From Microbotryum violaceum (taxonomy: Eukaryota), in the NCBI GenBank assembly GCA_001244265.2, contig CDLV01000006.1, positions 682,001 through 746,000 on the forward strand: DNA of 64,000 nucleotides, read 5' to 3'. The notes under the pieces are model-generated. The model was not told the DNA's origin, made no database searches, and saw only the letters and a list, made by a program, of their open reading frames with translations. The stretch's first letter is position 1; each line of letters opens with the position of its first letter. The translations under genes and the position numbers were made by a program. This document shows, piece by piece, positions 12,626 to 23,822 of the stretch.

Positions 12626-14439
12626 ATGTCCAAGCCCGTCACTTTCATCCAAGCCCCTGTGCTCACCTCAGCTCCGCCAGGGAACAGCGGCGATAGCGGA
12701 CATTCTCACCCGCACGATCATGCCCATGCTCACGACCACGATCACGCTCACAACCACGCCCACGACCATGGGGCACAAGAACACGGTCACACACATGAAG
12801 TGATGGAACACCCGGGTCAGTGCTTCGAACCGAGATGGTCGAGGAAGGCGCTCCCTCGGGTCGTAGACGAGAGGAATCGGATAGACTGACCTGAAGTTGA
12901 TCGCGGGAACCGGAAAAAAAAACAGGCAAGTTCGCCGAGAGGGATCTCCCCGACTACAGTGGCCGTGATTGGAAAGAACGGGGGTTCACCATTGGCATTG
13001 GAGGGTCAGTGCTTCGTCGTCGCAGAGAGTCTCGTTTAATGGGCGGCGGCACCGGCCACGACACCGATGGAAGATACAGAGCTCATGCCATTCTTCAATC
13101 CCCGGAACAGCCCTGTTGGGTCAGGCAAGACCGCTTTGACGTTGGCGCTGTGCAGGATCTTCCGGGATACGCACAACATCGGTGAGATTTCAGGCCGCCT
13201 TCCAATGTGGGGGTCGGGCCACGACCCGCGCGCGGATCTGATATCGCCAAGGTCTGAGACTGACAGAGAGTGGACGCGCCCCTGTTCCCCGTCTGTACAA
13301 CAGCTGTTGTTACGAACGACATCTTCACTAAGGAGGATCAAGAGTTTTTGATCCGAAACGAAGCATTGGCAGACAAGGACAGGATCAGGGCCATCGAGAC
13401 GGGTACGTACGGGCAGTCAGACGGGCTCACGGGCTGAAGCTGTGCGAGTTTGCGCTTGTTTGAACCTGACGCAAGTTTTCCTGTGTTCGGGTGGGTGCAG
13501 GTGGCTGCCCTCATGCCGCCATTCGGTAAGTCTTGTGGCTCGTTGCCCTGATCCCAGAGTCAAGGATGGGCAACTTTACTGACCGCCGGCTCGTTGAGCG
13601 TCCTTCTTCCCAGTGAAGACATCAGTGCCAACATCGGTGCGCTCGAAGGGCTCCAAGCCGACTATGGGTGTGACATGCTCGTGAGTCGGACCTATACCCG
13701 ATTGTAGCATGGCTCCACCCTCCTGAACCCGGTCTGGAAAATCTTTGCTACGATGACCAGTTCGTTGAGTCTGGGGGTGACAACTTGGCAGGTGAGTTCC
13801 GTGCAGGCTTCAATATTAGAATCCTTGATTTTTTTGACAGATTATCATTGACTTCGTTTCACAGCCAACTACTCTCGTGAACTCGCCGATTACGTGAGTC
13901 ACGCGTAAAGATGTGTCCTGGCGGTTCAGTTGATCCCGAGCCTTCTTCTTTGACGACCATTTGCGACAGATTATCTACGTGGTGCGTGAATGACTTCTGC
14001 TTGATCGCTAAATGCACGGGCCCATCGCTCTCCTCCGGTTCTTTGTAGATCGATGTCTCGGGAGGTGACAAGATCCCTCGGAAGGGGGGACCAGGCATCT
14101 CTCAGGTGAATGATGGTCTCGAGGCCCCGGCCATTCAAGCTCTTGGCTGATAGACCGATTACTTTGTGTCGTCTACAGAGTGACTTGCTCGTCGTCAACA
14201 AGGTACGTTCGATGATTCTCACGTTCAAGCTTTTCATTAACCCTGACTTTCGCCGAACCCAGATCGACCTCGCGCCGTATGTCGGAGCCTCGCTGGAAGT
14301 GATGAAGAGGGACGCCGACAAGATGCGTGACTATGGACCGACCTTGTTTACGAGTGTCAAGCTAGGGCAAGGTGTCGATGGTGTGGTCGAGCTGATCAAA
14401 GGAGCTTGGAAGGCTGCTACCGGGGGCAACAGTGCATGA
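12626..14439 (+). CDS. ureG: Urease accessory GTPase UreG with His-rich N-terminus, about 12 exons
   Basis: [83 protein letters not shown]. Confidence 0.96.
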
Positions 14440-14839
14440 GCTGAATGCTGAGGTTGAGTTTCTAAGGGGGCAGTAGACGATGCAGTCAAGTGCGCCTGCA
14501 ACGTAATCTCTTTGGTCTGACAAAGTTACGCATTTTCCGAGTCAGATGATGAAGTTCGGGTTTGGTTACCCATCATTGGGCGCAACGCCGGGTTCAACCG
14601 AAGCGAACCGAGAGCGGGAATCGGCCTGGCCGGTGATCGGTGATCCGCCCGGAGCATGTGGGAGCAGCAAGTGGGGGGGGGGGGGGGGGAAGGGGGGTGG
14701 GTTCCATTATCGAGTGTCGCGGCACCATGCGCATCCAGAGCTCCCAATCTTGTCCGTTCAGTGAAAAGCACTCTGACCCGGCTTTATTCGGTTTCTCGTC
14801 CCTCACTTCTCGCTCTGGGACACTAGAAGGCCTGAGATG

Positions 14840-15638
14840 AGCCCTGCAAGTGTCAGTCCGATCCAAACCCACGCTTTGTGCCGGAAAGCAGACGGGCTGA
14901 TTCTCAATTGTGTTTCAATACAGGGCTGAACATTCCATATGATTGCGGCATATTCTTCTCGCGTTCGTCGGGCCTGTACGAGCTACTGGGACCGGGGCAA
15001 AACTCCTCGGCCTACCTCCGCTCAACACAGGTGTCAGTTCCGAGCTCCCCCACGGAGACCACGACCCCTCTCTTGGATCCGTACCGCACCATGACATCTC
15101 CCATCTTCCTCGACGTGGAAAAGTATCGTCGATTGTGCGTTCTCTCTCTCTTCTCCGGCGTTTTGCTCGTCCCGGGCTGATGCTGAATTTCGCCCTTGAG
15201 CTGCTTCTTTTCTCCAGCCGAGCTCTCCCCGTCTACACGGCGTTGAAATCTCTGGGGACATCGGGCTATGCCGAGCTATTTGCGAGCAACATTGCCTTTG
15301 CTCATCGCGTTGCATCCTACCTCGATTCCAACCCAGCCTTCGACGTCCTCACGCCTTCCTCTCGGTCTCCTGGGTCCAAACTTCGTTTCCGACAACTCAA
15401 CATCGTCCTCTTCGCCCCCTCTATGTCCAAAACGCCGGTACGTTTCAGAGGCGAGAATGGCACCGATGTCCTCCGACAAGAGATCAATAATACTGGGAGG
15501 ATGCACTGTACGGGCACGAAGTGGAAGGGGAGAGGCGCGATCCCCATCGCGGTGAGCAATTGGTCGACGAATGAGGAGCGGGTTTGGGCAATTGTGAGAG
15601 AGGTCTTTGACAAAGTGTCGGAAGAGGCCACCGAGTGA
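14840..15638 (+). pseudogene. C-terminal fragment of a group II PLP-dependent decarboxylase
   Basis: Spliced CK-WLNIPYDCGIFFSR (family HKWLNVPYDCG) and RALPVYTALKSLG...IAVSNWST. Only about 400 bp separate it from the ureG stop, too little for the N-terminal half. Confidence 0.7.
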
Positions 15639-16263
15639 TGATGTGTCAACATACATTTAAACCCTTCCAGACAGCATATATGACTGGTAGACACTGGATG
15701 ATTATCTCTGCTGACTTCGGACTCTCCTGCGACCTCCTGCGACCTTCCCCAAGACAAACCATGAAGGCATTGCGCAGCCGCGGACGAAGCTGCCCTTATG
15801 CTCCACGGGAGTGACATCATGCCCTTCATGGTGATCCAGCCGCCACCCCACGAGAACCGCAGATACCCAGTCCTTAAAGCAGACCATCAGAATTCTGTCC
15901 TACGTAACACAAGCCACGTGTAGACCCTGTAGAAGATACGTGAAATGGCGAAGATCATAAGCGCAATTTTTAGCCATCAGAGATATCTCTCGCGAGCCAC
16001 TAGTTTGAGACCTTTTGAGACCGCGGCTCCCGCGCGGCACTGGCTCTCCGCTGGAGGTTCACTCCGCTTTCGCTTCGACCTCTTAGAGCCTCTCGGACGC
16101 GAACCGGTACTTGACTACACGAGAGAGATATTTCAAAACTACTCTTTCATCTCCCTCGTTGCACCCATCCCGCTCAGCCACTGCGAACTACTGCCAGCCG
16201 AGTTGCTACTACTCGCCCCCACTTTCGCACCCTTTCTCATCGAAGCTCATTCAACATCTTCCA

Positions 16264-17565
16264 ATGCGCGCCGCGGCCTCCGTCATCGCCCTGGGCGCCT
16301 TCGCCGTCTCGTCCGTCTCGGCCAAGGGCCCCACCTTCTTCGCTTGGAACAACACCATGCCTTCAGCAGCTTGGGGTTACGGACGTTTTCCTTGCTCTGC
16401 AGTCCATGCAAATGGATCTTTCTACGGCAACGAGTCGGCGTGCGCAGCCGGAGCGATGAAGCGTGAGTTCAAACGAAACTTGCCAGGATTGCTTCTTCGT
16501 TCAAACCTCGATTAGCTAATGCCGATGTTGTATTATATCATTTTATCAGTCCCCGGGACGGGTGCAGGAAACGAGGAAGGGAACCAAGGCGATGGTATCA
16601 AACCGACCTTGCCTCAGTGCTCTCGGTTCGGGCGCAGCGGGTCCGTTCATCGCAAGCGTTCTTCTCGCAAAATCCTTCCATCTGACCCTTCTTGTTTTTA
16701 TGATTCATAGTGCCTATTTCTGTGGTGTCTCTCGCGCTCGGTTAGTCTGGTCTTGTCACGGGGTGAAGGACCGCCTCGGGACCTCTCACATCCTGAGCTC
16801 GGACCGCTTCCTTTGCTCCCGCCGTGCACGGACTTGCTCATGCTGACCTTTGTTTCGCACACCATGTCGGGATAGCTGCAAGACGGACGCAAACTGCGAC
16901 AATGGGTTCTGTCACGACGGTCGATGCAGGTCTGTCTGGTAGTTTTCGACAGCCTGAAACGCGATGCCTGACACCTTTTCATATCCTCACGCGCAGCGGT
17001 GGCTTCGGCTACAAGTGCAATGGTGACGACACGGTCTGCTCCGGTTATCTCTACTGCAACGCACAAAACTTTTCGAGGACTGCTTCCGGGACGTGTGGAG
17101 GACTTGGCTCGTTCTGCCAAGTCAGTATTGCATGCCACCGCCTTCTGGAACAGCAGACCCAGCAGACTCACCGGCGTTTTCTTTCCTGACAGGATTACAC
17201 CCTAGGCTCCAAGAACTTCACGGCCGAGCACAACTTCCAGATCTTTAATCAGAACTGCGCTTCCAACTACTGCAACACCAATACCGGAAATTGCGACACC
17301 AGGAGAAAGGTGAGCAACACCCACGCTAATCACCGCGGTTTCAACGAGGGCTGCTGCTGACACCTCGTGCGATTTCGTACAGCTCGGCGAGTCGTGCAGG
17401 TCCGACCCCGACTTTGCTTGCGTGGATGGATTGATCTGCAAATCCAACATTTGCGCCAAGGCGGCAAATGGAGAGGTTAAGGCCCGAAGCTCTTTCCACG
17501 TTGGGAAGCGATCCGCTCTTTGCCTCGGTGGAACGGACTGTGTCGCCGAGCTGTCGATGTTCTGA
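16264..17565 (+). CDS. Cys-rich secreted protein, multi-exon
   Basis: Signal peptide MRAAASVIALGAFAVSSVSA, a YGRFPC motif and several Cys-rich exons (CSGYLYC, CGGLGSFC, NCASNYCN, CRSDPDFAC). TGA at 17563-17565. Confidence 0.75.
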
Positions 17566-18532
17566 GCGGTGACATGGTGTCCACAATGTCGCTGGTTCCC
17601 TTTTCCCTCACTCGAGGTGTCGTGTATACCCTCCATCTGCGCGAATGGCAAGCCCACTCGCCGCGAAATTGGGATGTGTCGTCTGTTTTATCAGTATTGC
17701 TCCCGCTGAGGTTCTGTAGTGGCGCTTCTAATGTGCTATAGCTCCCCTTGGAACAGCGCTGTTCAATACTTTGGATTGAGACCCATCATTCACGTGATCT
17801 GGCAGCAAATATAGAGAGATGTATACTTAGTAGGTTCGTGGTACTGTACTACGACTGATCTAGAGAGATTCAGAACACACCACTCCAAAAAATGGGCTTT
17901 CCGGCTATTGATTTCCCCGCGTCGCTCCGTGCTTCCGTTCGCTTCCCCTCGCTTGCATTCGTCCTATACGACGTCCCGCAAGTCTTGCAACGAGATCCTC
18001 TGCTGGACAGCGATTTGAGAGCATTGATAAATCTTTACCCATATCCCTTTACCCGTATCCCCTCCATCGTCCTTTTCCGACAGTACCGAGCTCGCAACTA
18101 CGGACTTCTACTAGTAGACCTTGGGGGGCACATCTTGCCTCGCACCGCATCGTCGCGAGATGCGAATGGTCACGGTTGGGTCGAATCCATACGTCAGCGA
18201 CAAGTGCGTGGAATGGGGGTGAGATGGTTGGGGAGCAAGAGCTCGTCAGGTGCGGTAGAATGAAAGGACTCATGATGCACCTGAGTTAAGTGACTGAAGT
18301 CGCACTCATCCAATCTCAAAATCCTAGCCCTTGCTCACCGATCGCCAGATCGCCGAATCTGCTTCAAACTCAACCGCCCTTTCTTGATCGCGCCATAAAA
18401 ACCGATGACAAGTACGTATTTATTGCAAAGATGTTGGAGTGCGCTAGAAAGGTACGACATCACTGACGTGTCTCATCTTCCCACCCACCAAGGGGTCGTC
18501 TCTCGCGCCCACTCGACGCAACCCCCTTTCCT

Positions 18533-19682
18533 CTAGCAGAATGACTCGCCAGCTCTTGTGTTGAGGATGAGAGCGACAATGAGACCGTACAGACCGATGA
18601 CTTCTGTTTAACGGTATTTCGAAAAGGTCAACGAGGGCCCGTGGACGAGGCAGTGAGGGCGAATGCGGAGGAGCGGCGCAACGGAGCGCAAGTAGAACGG
18701 CAATAGCGGGTGAGACAAGCGTTCACGATGAGATTAAAACGAGAAGGTTGGTTAGTGATACGGCTCAAGTACGTCGAGGTGTATCGGACTCTAAACGAAC
18801 CAGCGAAAATCTACGGTATGCGAATCAAGGCCGGATCAATCAGTGGCCGACTCGATACCAGCCCAGTATAAGAGCAATCACGCTCACCAGCATGAGCACC
18901 ATCGCGACAAATATCTTGGACTGGAACATATAGGTCCGAGCGCACTGTGTACAGGGTATGAGTCACCTTCAGCTTCGCCCTCCGATCGAGGTCCGTACCG
19001 CGAGCCGAGCTAGGCATACAGCATCACCAACGATCCCGACCGCATGGCCTGCTGCCAACCCCGTCAATCCACAACTCAGCCCGGCTGCGAGATGAATGAT
19101 TCCGGCATAGAGCGAGTACGGCACGTCCGGTGAGAGGCCACCGACGATAAGCACCGAGACGACCAGCCCATAGACGGCGATGATACCAGCCATGACGACC
19201 GGGATGAGCGACTTCACGTTCAGTCCCACATCGCAAAAAATGATGTCAGCGACCTGCATCGAATGCATCAAGTGGAGAGCCTTGTAGATGGCGATCAAGC
19301 CCGGGTGCGCACCTTCATGATGAGGTCCGGCCGTAATGTACCCATGCCCGAGATTCCGATCCCTGCCTTGGCCGTCCCGTATGCCGCTCCGATTGTCGAA
19401 AAGACCATCTGTAGAATCAGATCCAGTGAGGCGAGATGGGGATGCGGTGTGTGAGATGGTCAGCCGTCCGGTTCGTTCGCGCATGAGTCGATGACGATGG
19501 GATGATCGGGCAGCTGCCAGCTCCCCGCCGAGTAGACCAGCCTTGGGCATCTGGTACTTCCGAAGCCACCAAATCACTGTTGTTCCCCATCCATCGTTCA
19601 CATGTCTGGCCTGACTTACAGCACAGAACACGCCTGCGAACCCAAAGAAGGGCGCATAGACCGGGCAGCCGGATGTCGACAT
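18533..19682 (-). CDS. VMA11: V-type ATPase proteolipid subunit c'
   Basis: [41 protein letters not shown] and [21 protein letters not shown]. The catalytic Glu is formed across a 10-nt micro-exon (18801-18810). Confidence 0.9.
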
Positions 19683-20853
19683 GGTGGCTTGCTATCGAGA
19701 CAAGGTATACGGTTCCTGCCCAGATTCGTACAATGTGCTGAGTAGTGTCGGACGAAGAAGGAGAGTGCGGAACTCTTGCGGAAAGTGTGGCGAGGAGAGC
19801 TGCAGAGTAAATGGGCGGAGCGCGACGTCCGGTGTGGGCGGTGGCGCGCTCAACACTGCCCTGCTCTGCTCAAGCATCGAACTCGATGCGATCAAATTCT
19901 GTCATATAAAGTTTTCGAGCTTAAGCGGGCCCAGTATGATTGGTCTGGGATTCAGGTTTTTTTTTTACGTAGGCACGATCGAGCGTTTATACCTCGTCCT
20001 ATGTCTTGAATCGAATCCCGACAGGTGCATACATGCGGACCTCCCCAGAACGCCGAGGAAGCAAAAGATGAGTTTTCGAAGGCACTCACCCGAAAGAAGG
20101 TGGTACAACATTTTGGACCAGCACACTCATGTCATAATCTAACCCACCTGACTCCCAGCTGCTCGGCCTTGAAAATCAAGCGGGCACTAACTTTGGCCGA
20201 CAGCTCCTCAGCGGATGCATGAGATTCGCAGGCGTCGAGAACAGACATAAAGATGAATAGAAGAGGATACTTTTGTTTGGGTAAGGTAGAAATTATCTAT
20301 ATGAGAGGTTTACTAGATCACGCGCTCAGGTACGTCAACACCGCTCAAGCCTGCTCAGGAGACAAGATGAGTTTTATGATACTACCTTATCAATCGAAAA
20401 TGGGGAAGAGGTTGAGATGTTGGAGCCCAATGATGGGGCCAGTGAAAAAAGCAAAGAAGACGGAAGGGGTTTACGTCCTGAACACCCTAGGGTGCCAGCG
20501 AAACCAATGCCTGAGGCACGCCTTGATGCTGACCTCAAAGGGCTTTCGGAGCGATACCGAGTCTTTGCTCGAACAGTTTGTGGCCGTGGGTGATCCACAT
20601 AATGGAAGGTAAAGGGGAGAGATCGATTCAAAACCTCGGGGGTGAGGCACTGAGACGGTGGTACTCGAAATGCTCGTCGCGCCGGGGGTGGACAAATTGC
20701 GCGTCACGGGGACCGACGCACTGCGTGCGTGGACCGCATCTCCTGTCGGAAGCGGACCGACCTAGCGAGTTTCGGAATGAATCTGAGCCATAGAGGGGCA
20801 TGACAAACAATTCGTTTATGACAGTCCTCGGAAATAGGAAAGGTTCTAGACTA

Positions 20854-21101
20854 TGTCGTTTGATATGTGTCTGTGCCTGTGGTATCTGCGCGGATGCGCG
20901 TGCGTTTAGTCATTAGTCACTTTGGTATTGGAGTTTGATCTGTTTAAGTTAGGGAGCGCGCGGGGCTTTTCTTCCCGCGCGGCTGTTTACTCTTGGTAGC
21001 TTTCTCATCACTCGCTCTACATTGTGGTCCTGACTTCTCGGTCTCGGTGTCGTGCACCCTCACCTATCGGAAGGCTTTACTTCCGCGCTCTCATTGTTTC
21101 T

Positions 21102-21139
<38 letters not shown>

Positions 21140-21416
21140 AAGCAGTGAAACGTTGTCAGTAATATTGCAGAAACGATGAGAGCGCAGAAGTAAAGCCTTC
21201 CGATAGGTGAGGGTGCACGACAATGACACCGAGAAGTCAGGACCACAATGTAGAGCGAGTGATGAGAAAGCTACCAAGAGTAAACAGCCGCGCGGGAAGA
21301 AAAGCCCCGCGCGCTCCCTAACTTAAACAGATCAAACTCCAATACCAAAGTGACTAATGACTAAACGCACGCGCATCCGCGCAGATACCACAGGCACAGA
21401 CACATATCAAATGACA
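20854..21416. repeat. About 250-bp inverted repeat around a T35 tract and a 29-nt spacer
   Basis: Arm 20854-21102 is the reverse complement of 21168-21416 with about 6 mismatches. T run at 21104-21138. Confidence 0.95.
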
Positions 21417-22190
21417 GACTATAGTAAAGACTCCATTGAAACTAGGGGATTGCGAGGGATCTCGGATAGGTCTGCTGGGCAAAAGCAACGCATGGGTGGT
21501 GAATGAGGTAAGGTGGAGTGAGGTGCCGAGATGAGACTGGGAAGGATTAGGGAGTGAGAAAGGAAACTGTTGGTCGCAGGAAGGAAGGAAGCAACTTGAG
21601 AGAGTACGACTATCTCTAATCATTCTGGAAAGGTTGAAGGAATATTTGAACGTACTAGGGCCCGGGGGCGCTGTGCGCCCACCTCGCTGCGTGATTCAAG
21701 GTCGTGGCGAGCTCGGTTGGGAAAATAGGAACTGCCGGAACTGAAAGTTACGGAGACCAAAATGTTGGGCTGAACTGAGAGTCGAACTCAGATCCACTCC
21801 ATTCATTATGTTTCTTCTGACCTCTGAGCTACTCACCCAGCCGGAACAGGTGTAGGCGGCGGCGCACCCGGGTCAGGCCGGCGGCGGTTCTCCCTGGCCC
21901 CGTGCGCAGCTTACGCATCTTGCGTTCGCCGACGATGCTGTGGAGAGGCGGTGGTGTCACCGGTGGCATTGTCGAAGCTGCAAATACTGTCGCAGACGTG
22001 TTACACGGCGACCTGTGAGAAGACAAACACGGACGTGGTACAAGGCGACCTGTGGGAAGACAAACACGGACAAAACGCTTGTGCTACCTCTCGGACACGC
22101 TTCGGGACGAGACTGCGCAGGTGTTGCCGACAGTGCAGGAGGGAGGGAGCTTTAGGTGGTGCGGCTATGCCTTCATTCGCTATGGTGAAG
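21104..22190 (-). mobile_element. Probable 3' end of a non-LTR retroelement (minus-strand poly(A) and 3' UTR)
   Basis: The minus strand ends ...CACTGCTTC(A)35 after a pyrimidine-rich UTR-like stretch, with decayed Cys/His-containing ORF pieces upstream. A 28-bp direct repeat lies at 22007-22034/22044-22071. Confidence 0.45.
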
Positions 22191-22199
22191 TGAAACTGT

Positions 22200-22800
22200 T
22201 TTAGACCCATGTTCTCGACAGGATCAAGACCAAGACCCGCGCCGCTCAAGACGGGACACTTTTGCCAAGTGGGTTGAAGGTCTTCTATGCCAACGCTCAG
22301 ATCATCTTGACGGTTCTTCATGTGCTGTCCTTCGACATGCGGCCTCAATGGTTCATTAAAGCGGTGGAGAAGCATGGAGGGACTTTGTCTGGGGAGTGGC
22401 AGGGCAGAACACGGTCGCTCGCGAGTTCGTGTTCCAGGCTCGGGAGGACGGTGGCTTGGGCTTGATTTCGATCGGCGACTTCGTTTGTTCGGTGGCGCTT
22501 CGAGTTTGTGATGCTGTGGCGGGCTCGGACGAGGCGATCTGGGTGCCTCTAGCTCGCGAGAGCTGGAGGTCTCTCGTCGCTGCGACTGCAATTTTCAGCA
22601 GCAGGGCTCGGGTCGAGAAGCTGTATCGCGACTCGACGCGCTGGGGGCCAGTCATTGCAGCGGCCAGGGTCACAGTTCCAACCATCAAGTCCGAACTCCT
22701 TACGCTTCCCAAATTGCTCTCGCTTCCGCCTCGCCTCCCTTCACTCTATGCTAAAGATGTCAAGGACGAATATGACGATGCGGACGCAGTGGCGCAATTT
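22200..22800 (+). mobile_element. Old L1-like LINE ORF2 fragment, left part (interrupted by the Penelope-like element)
   Basis: KVFYANAQI, then after a frameshift DFVWGVAGQNTVAREFVFQAREDGGLGLISI, the L1 post-RT FxW...GGLG signature. Confidence 0.75.
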
Positions 22801-22801
22801 G

Positions 22802-23642
22802 GACGCAGGTGGGGAAATGCTAGAAGCCTGGCAGACGACCGTACAAGATCTCACCAAGACTTTCAAATCGAACCTCTTGAGTGCCATGATTGACGTTCGC
22901 ACGAAGCAAATCGCCAAGTGCAACGCCGTTCTCAACCATACGAAGTTCATTCAACATTGCATCGAGTCCTCCTGGACTCCGCTGTTGTCGTCTCGTTTTG
23001 GACCAGATCCTACGTTCGACCATAGGAAAGCGATCAAAACTCTAGCCAATGCTGCAGGAGAAGATCTCGCGCATAACATTGTCAACTACGACGTGTATGC
23101 TTCCCACCAGAGGCAGCTCAAGGAAGCTAAAGCGGCCAAGGCGAAAGCCGATTCCGTCGACGCTGTTATGGATATCGACGCGGTTCACACCCAAGATTCC
23201 ATCCTTGAAGAGGTTCGCAAGGCCATCTCGGCCTCCCTCAGACCCATTACCAAGGATATCGAGTCGCTTAAAGCGATCTCCTCGGTGAGTCCGAGCCTGC
23301 GAACCTCTATCGACTCTCAGTTTGAATATCCTTATTCATTCTCGACCGTCTCTTCTGTTCCAGAACAACACCAAGAAGAAGACATCATCGTCGAACGGAC
23401 CAGCTGCTCCTCATCCTCCCAAGAACCAGAACACCGGTCCCTCTCGTTCGTCGCAAGTGCACGGCCCCGCCAAGCCTATACCGAAGTCCAAGGGCCCTCC
23501 GCGGCCCTCAGCTCCTCGCACGTCGACAAAGGGTACTCAACCCATGTCGAATCAGTCTACCTCGAAGCCTCCTATCAAAAGAGGAATCGAGCACGTCAAA
23601 AAGGTCGCGAAAGGAGGAGCCAAAAAGCGCACGAAACGTTGA
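22802..23642 (+). CDS. PLE ORF1, 5'-truncated; coiled-coil region plus basic tail; intron 23285-23363
   Basis: Coiled-coil-like RQLKEAKAAKAKADSVDAVMDID. The phase-0 intron GTGAGT..TTCCAG joins it to a Lys/Pro-rich tail ending KKVAKGGAKKRTKR*. Confidence 0.65.
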
Positions 23643-23822
23643 TTGCCAACACGTCGCTCTCCTCTCTTCTGCCTCCTCAAGTTTCCACACTTGTTCATCA
23701 GACTGTACTTGCCACAAATCGAAGTTCTACTAGAAGTAGAGAAAGGAAATTGCGTTTGAAATTGAATTCTCCATACCCCATCATGATGAAGGATGTTGAG
23801 TCAATCGCGAGCTTCATTCTGA

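Noticed and set aside
19990-20850. Short ORFs upstream of VMA11
   Set aside because: No recognisable domain or consistent splice model; possibly TE debris.
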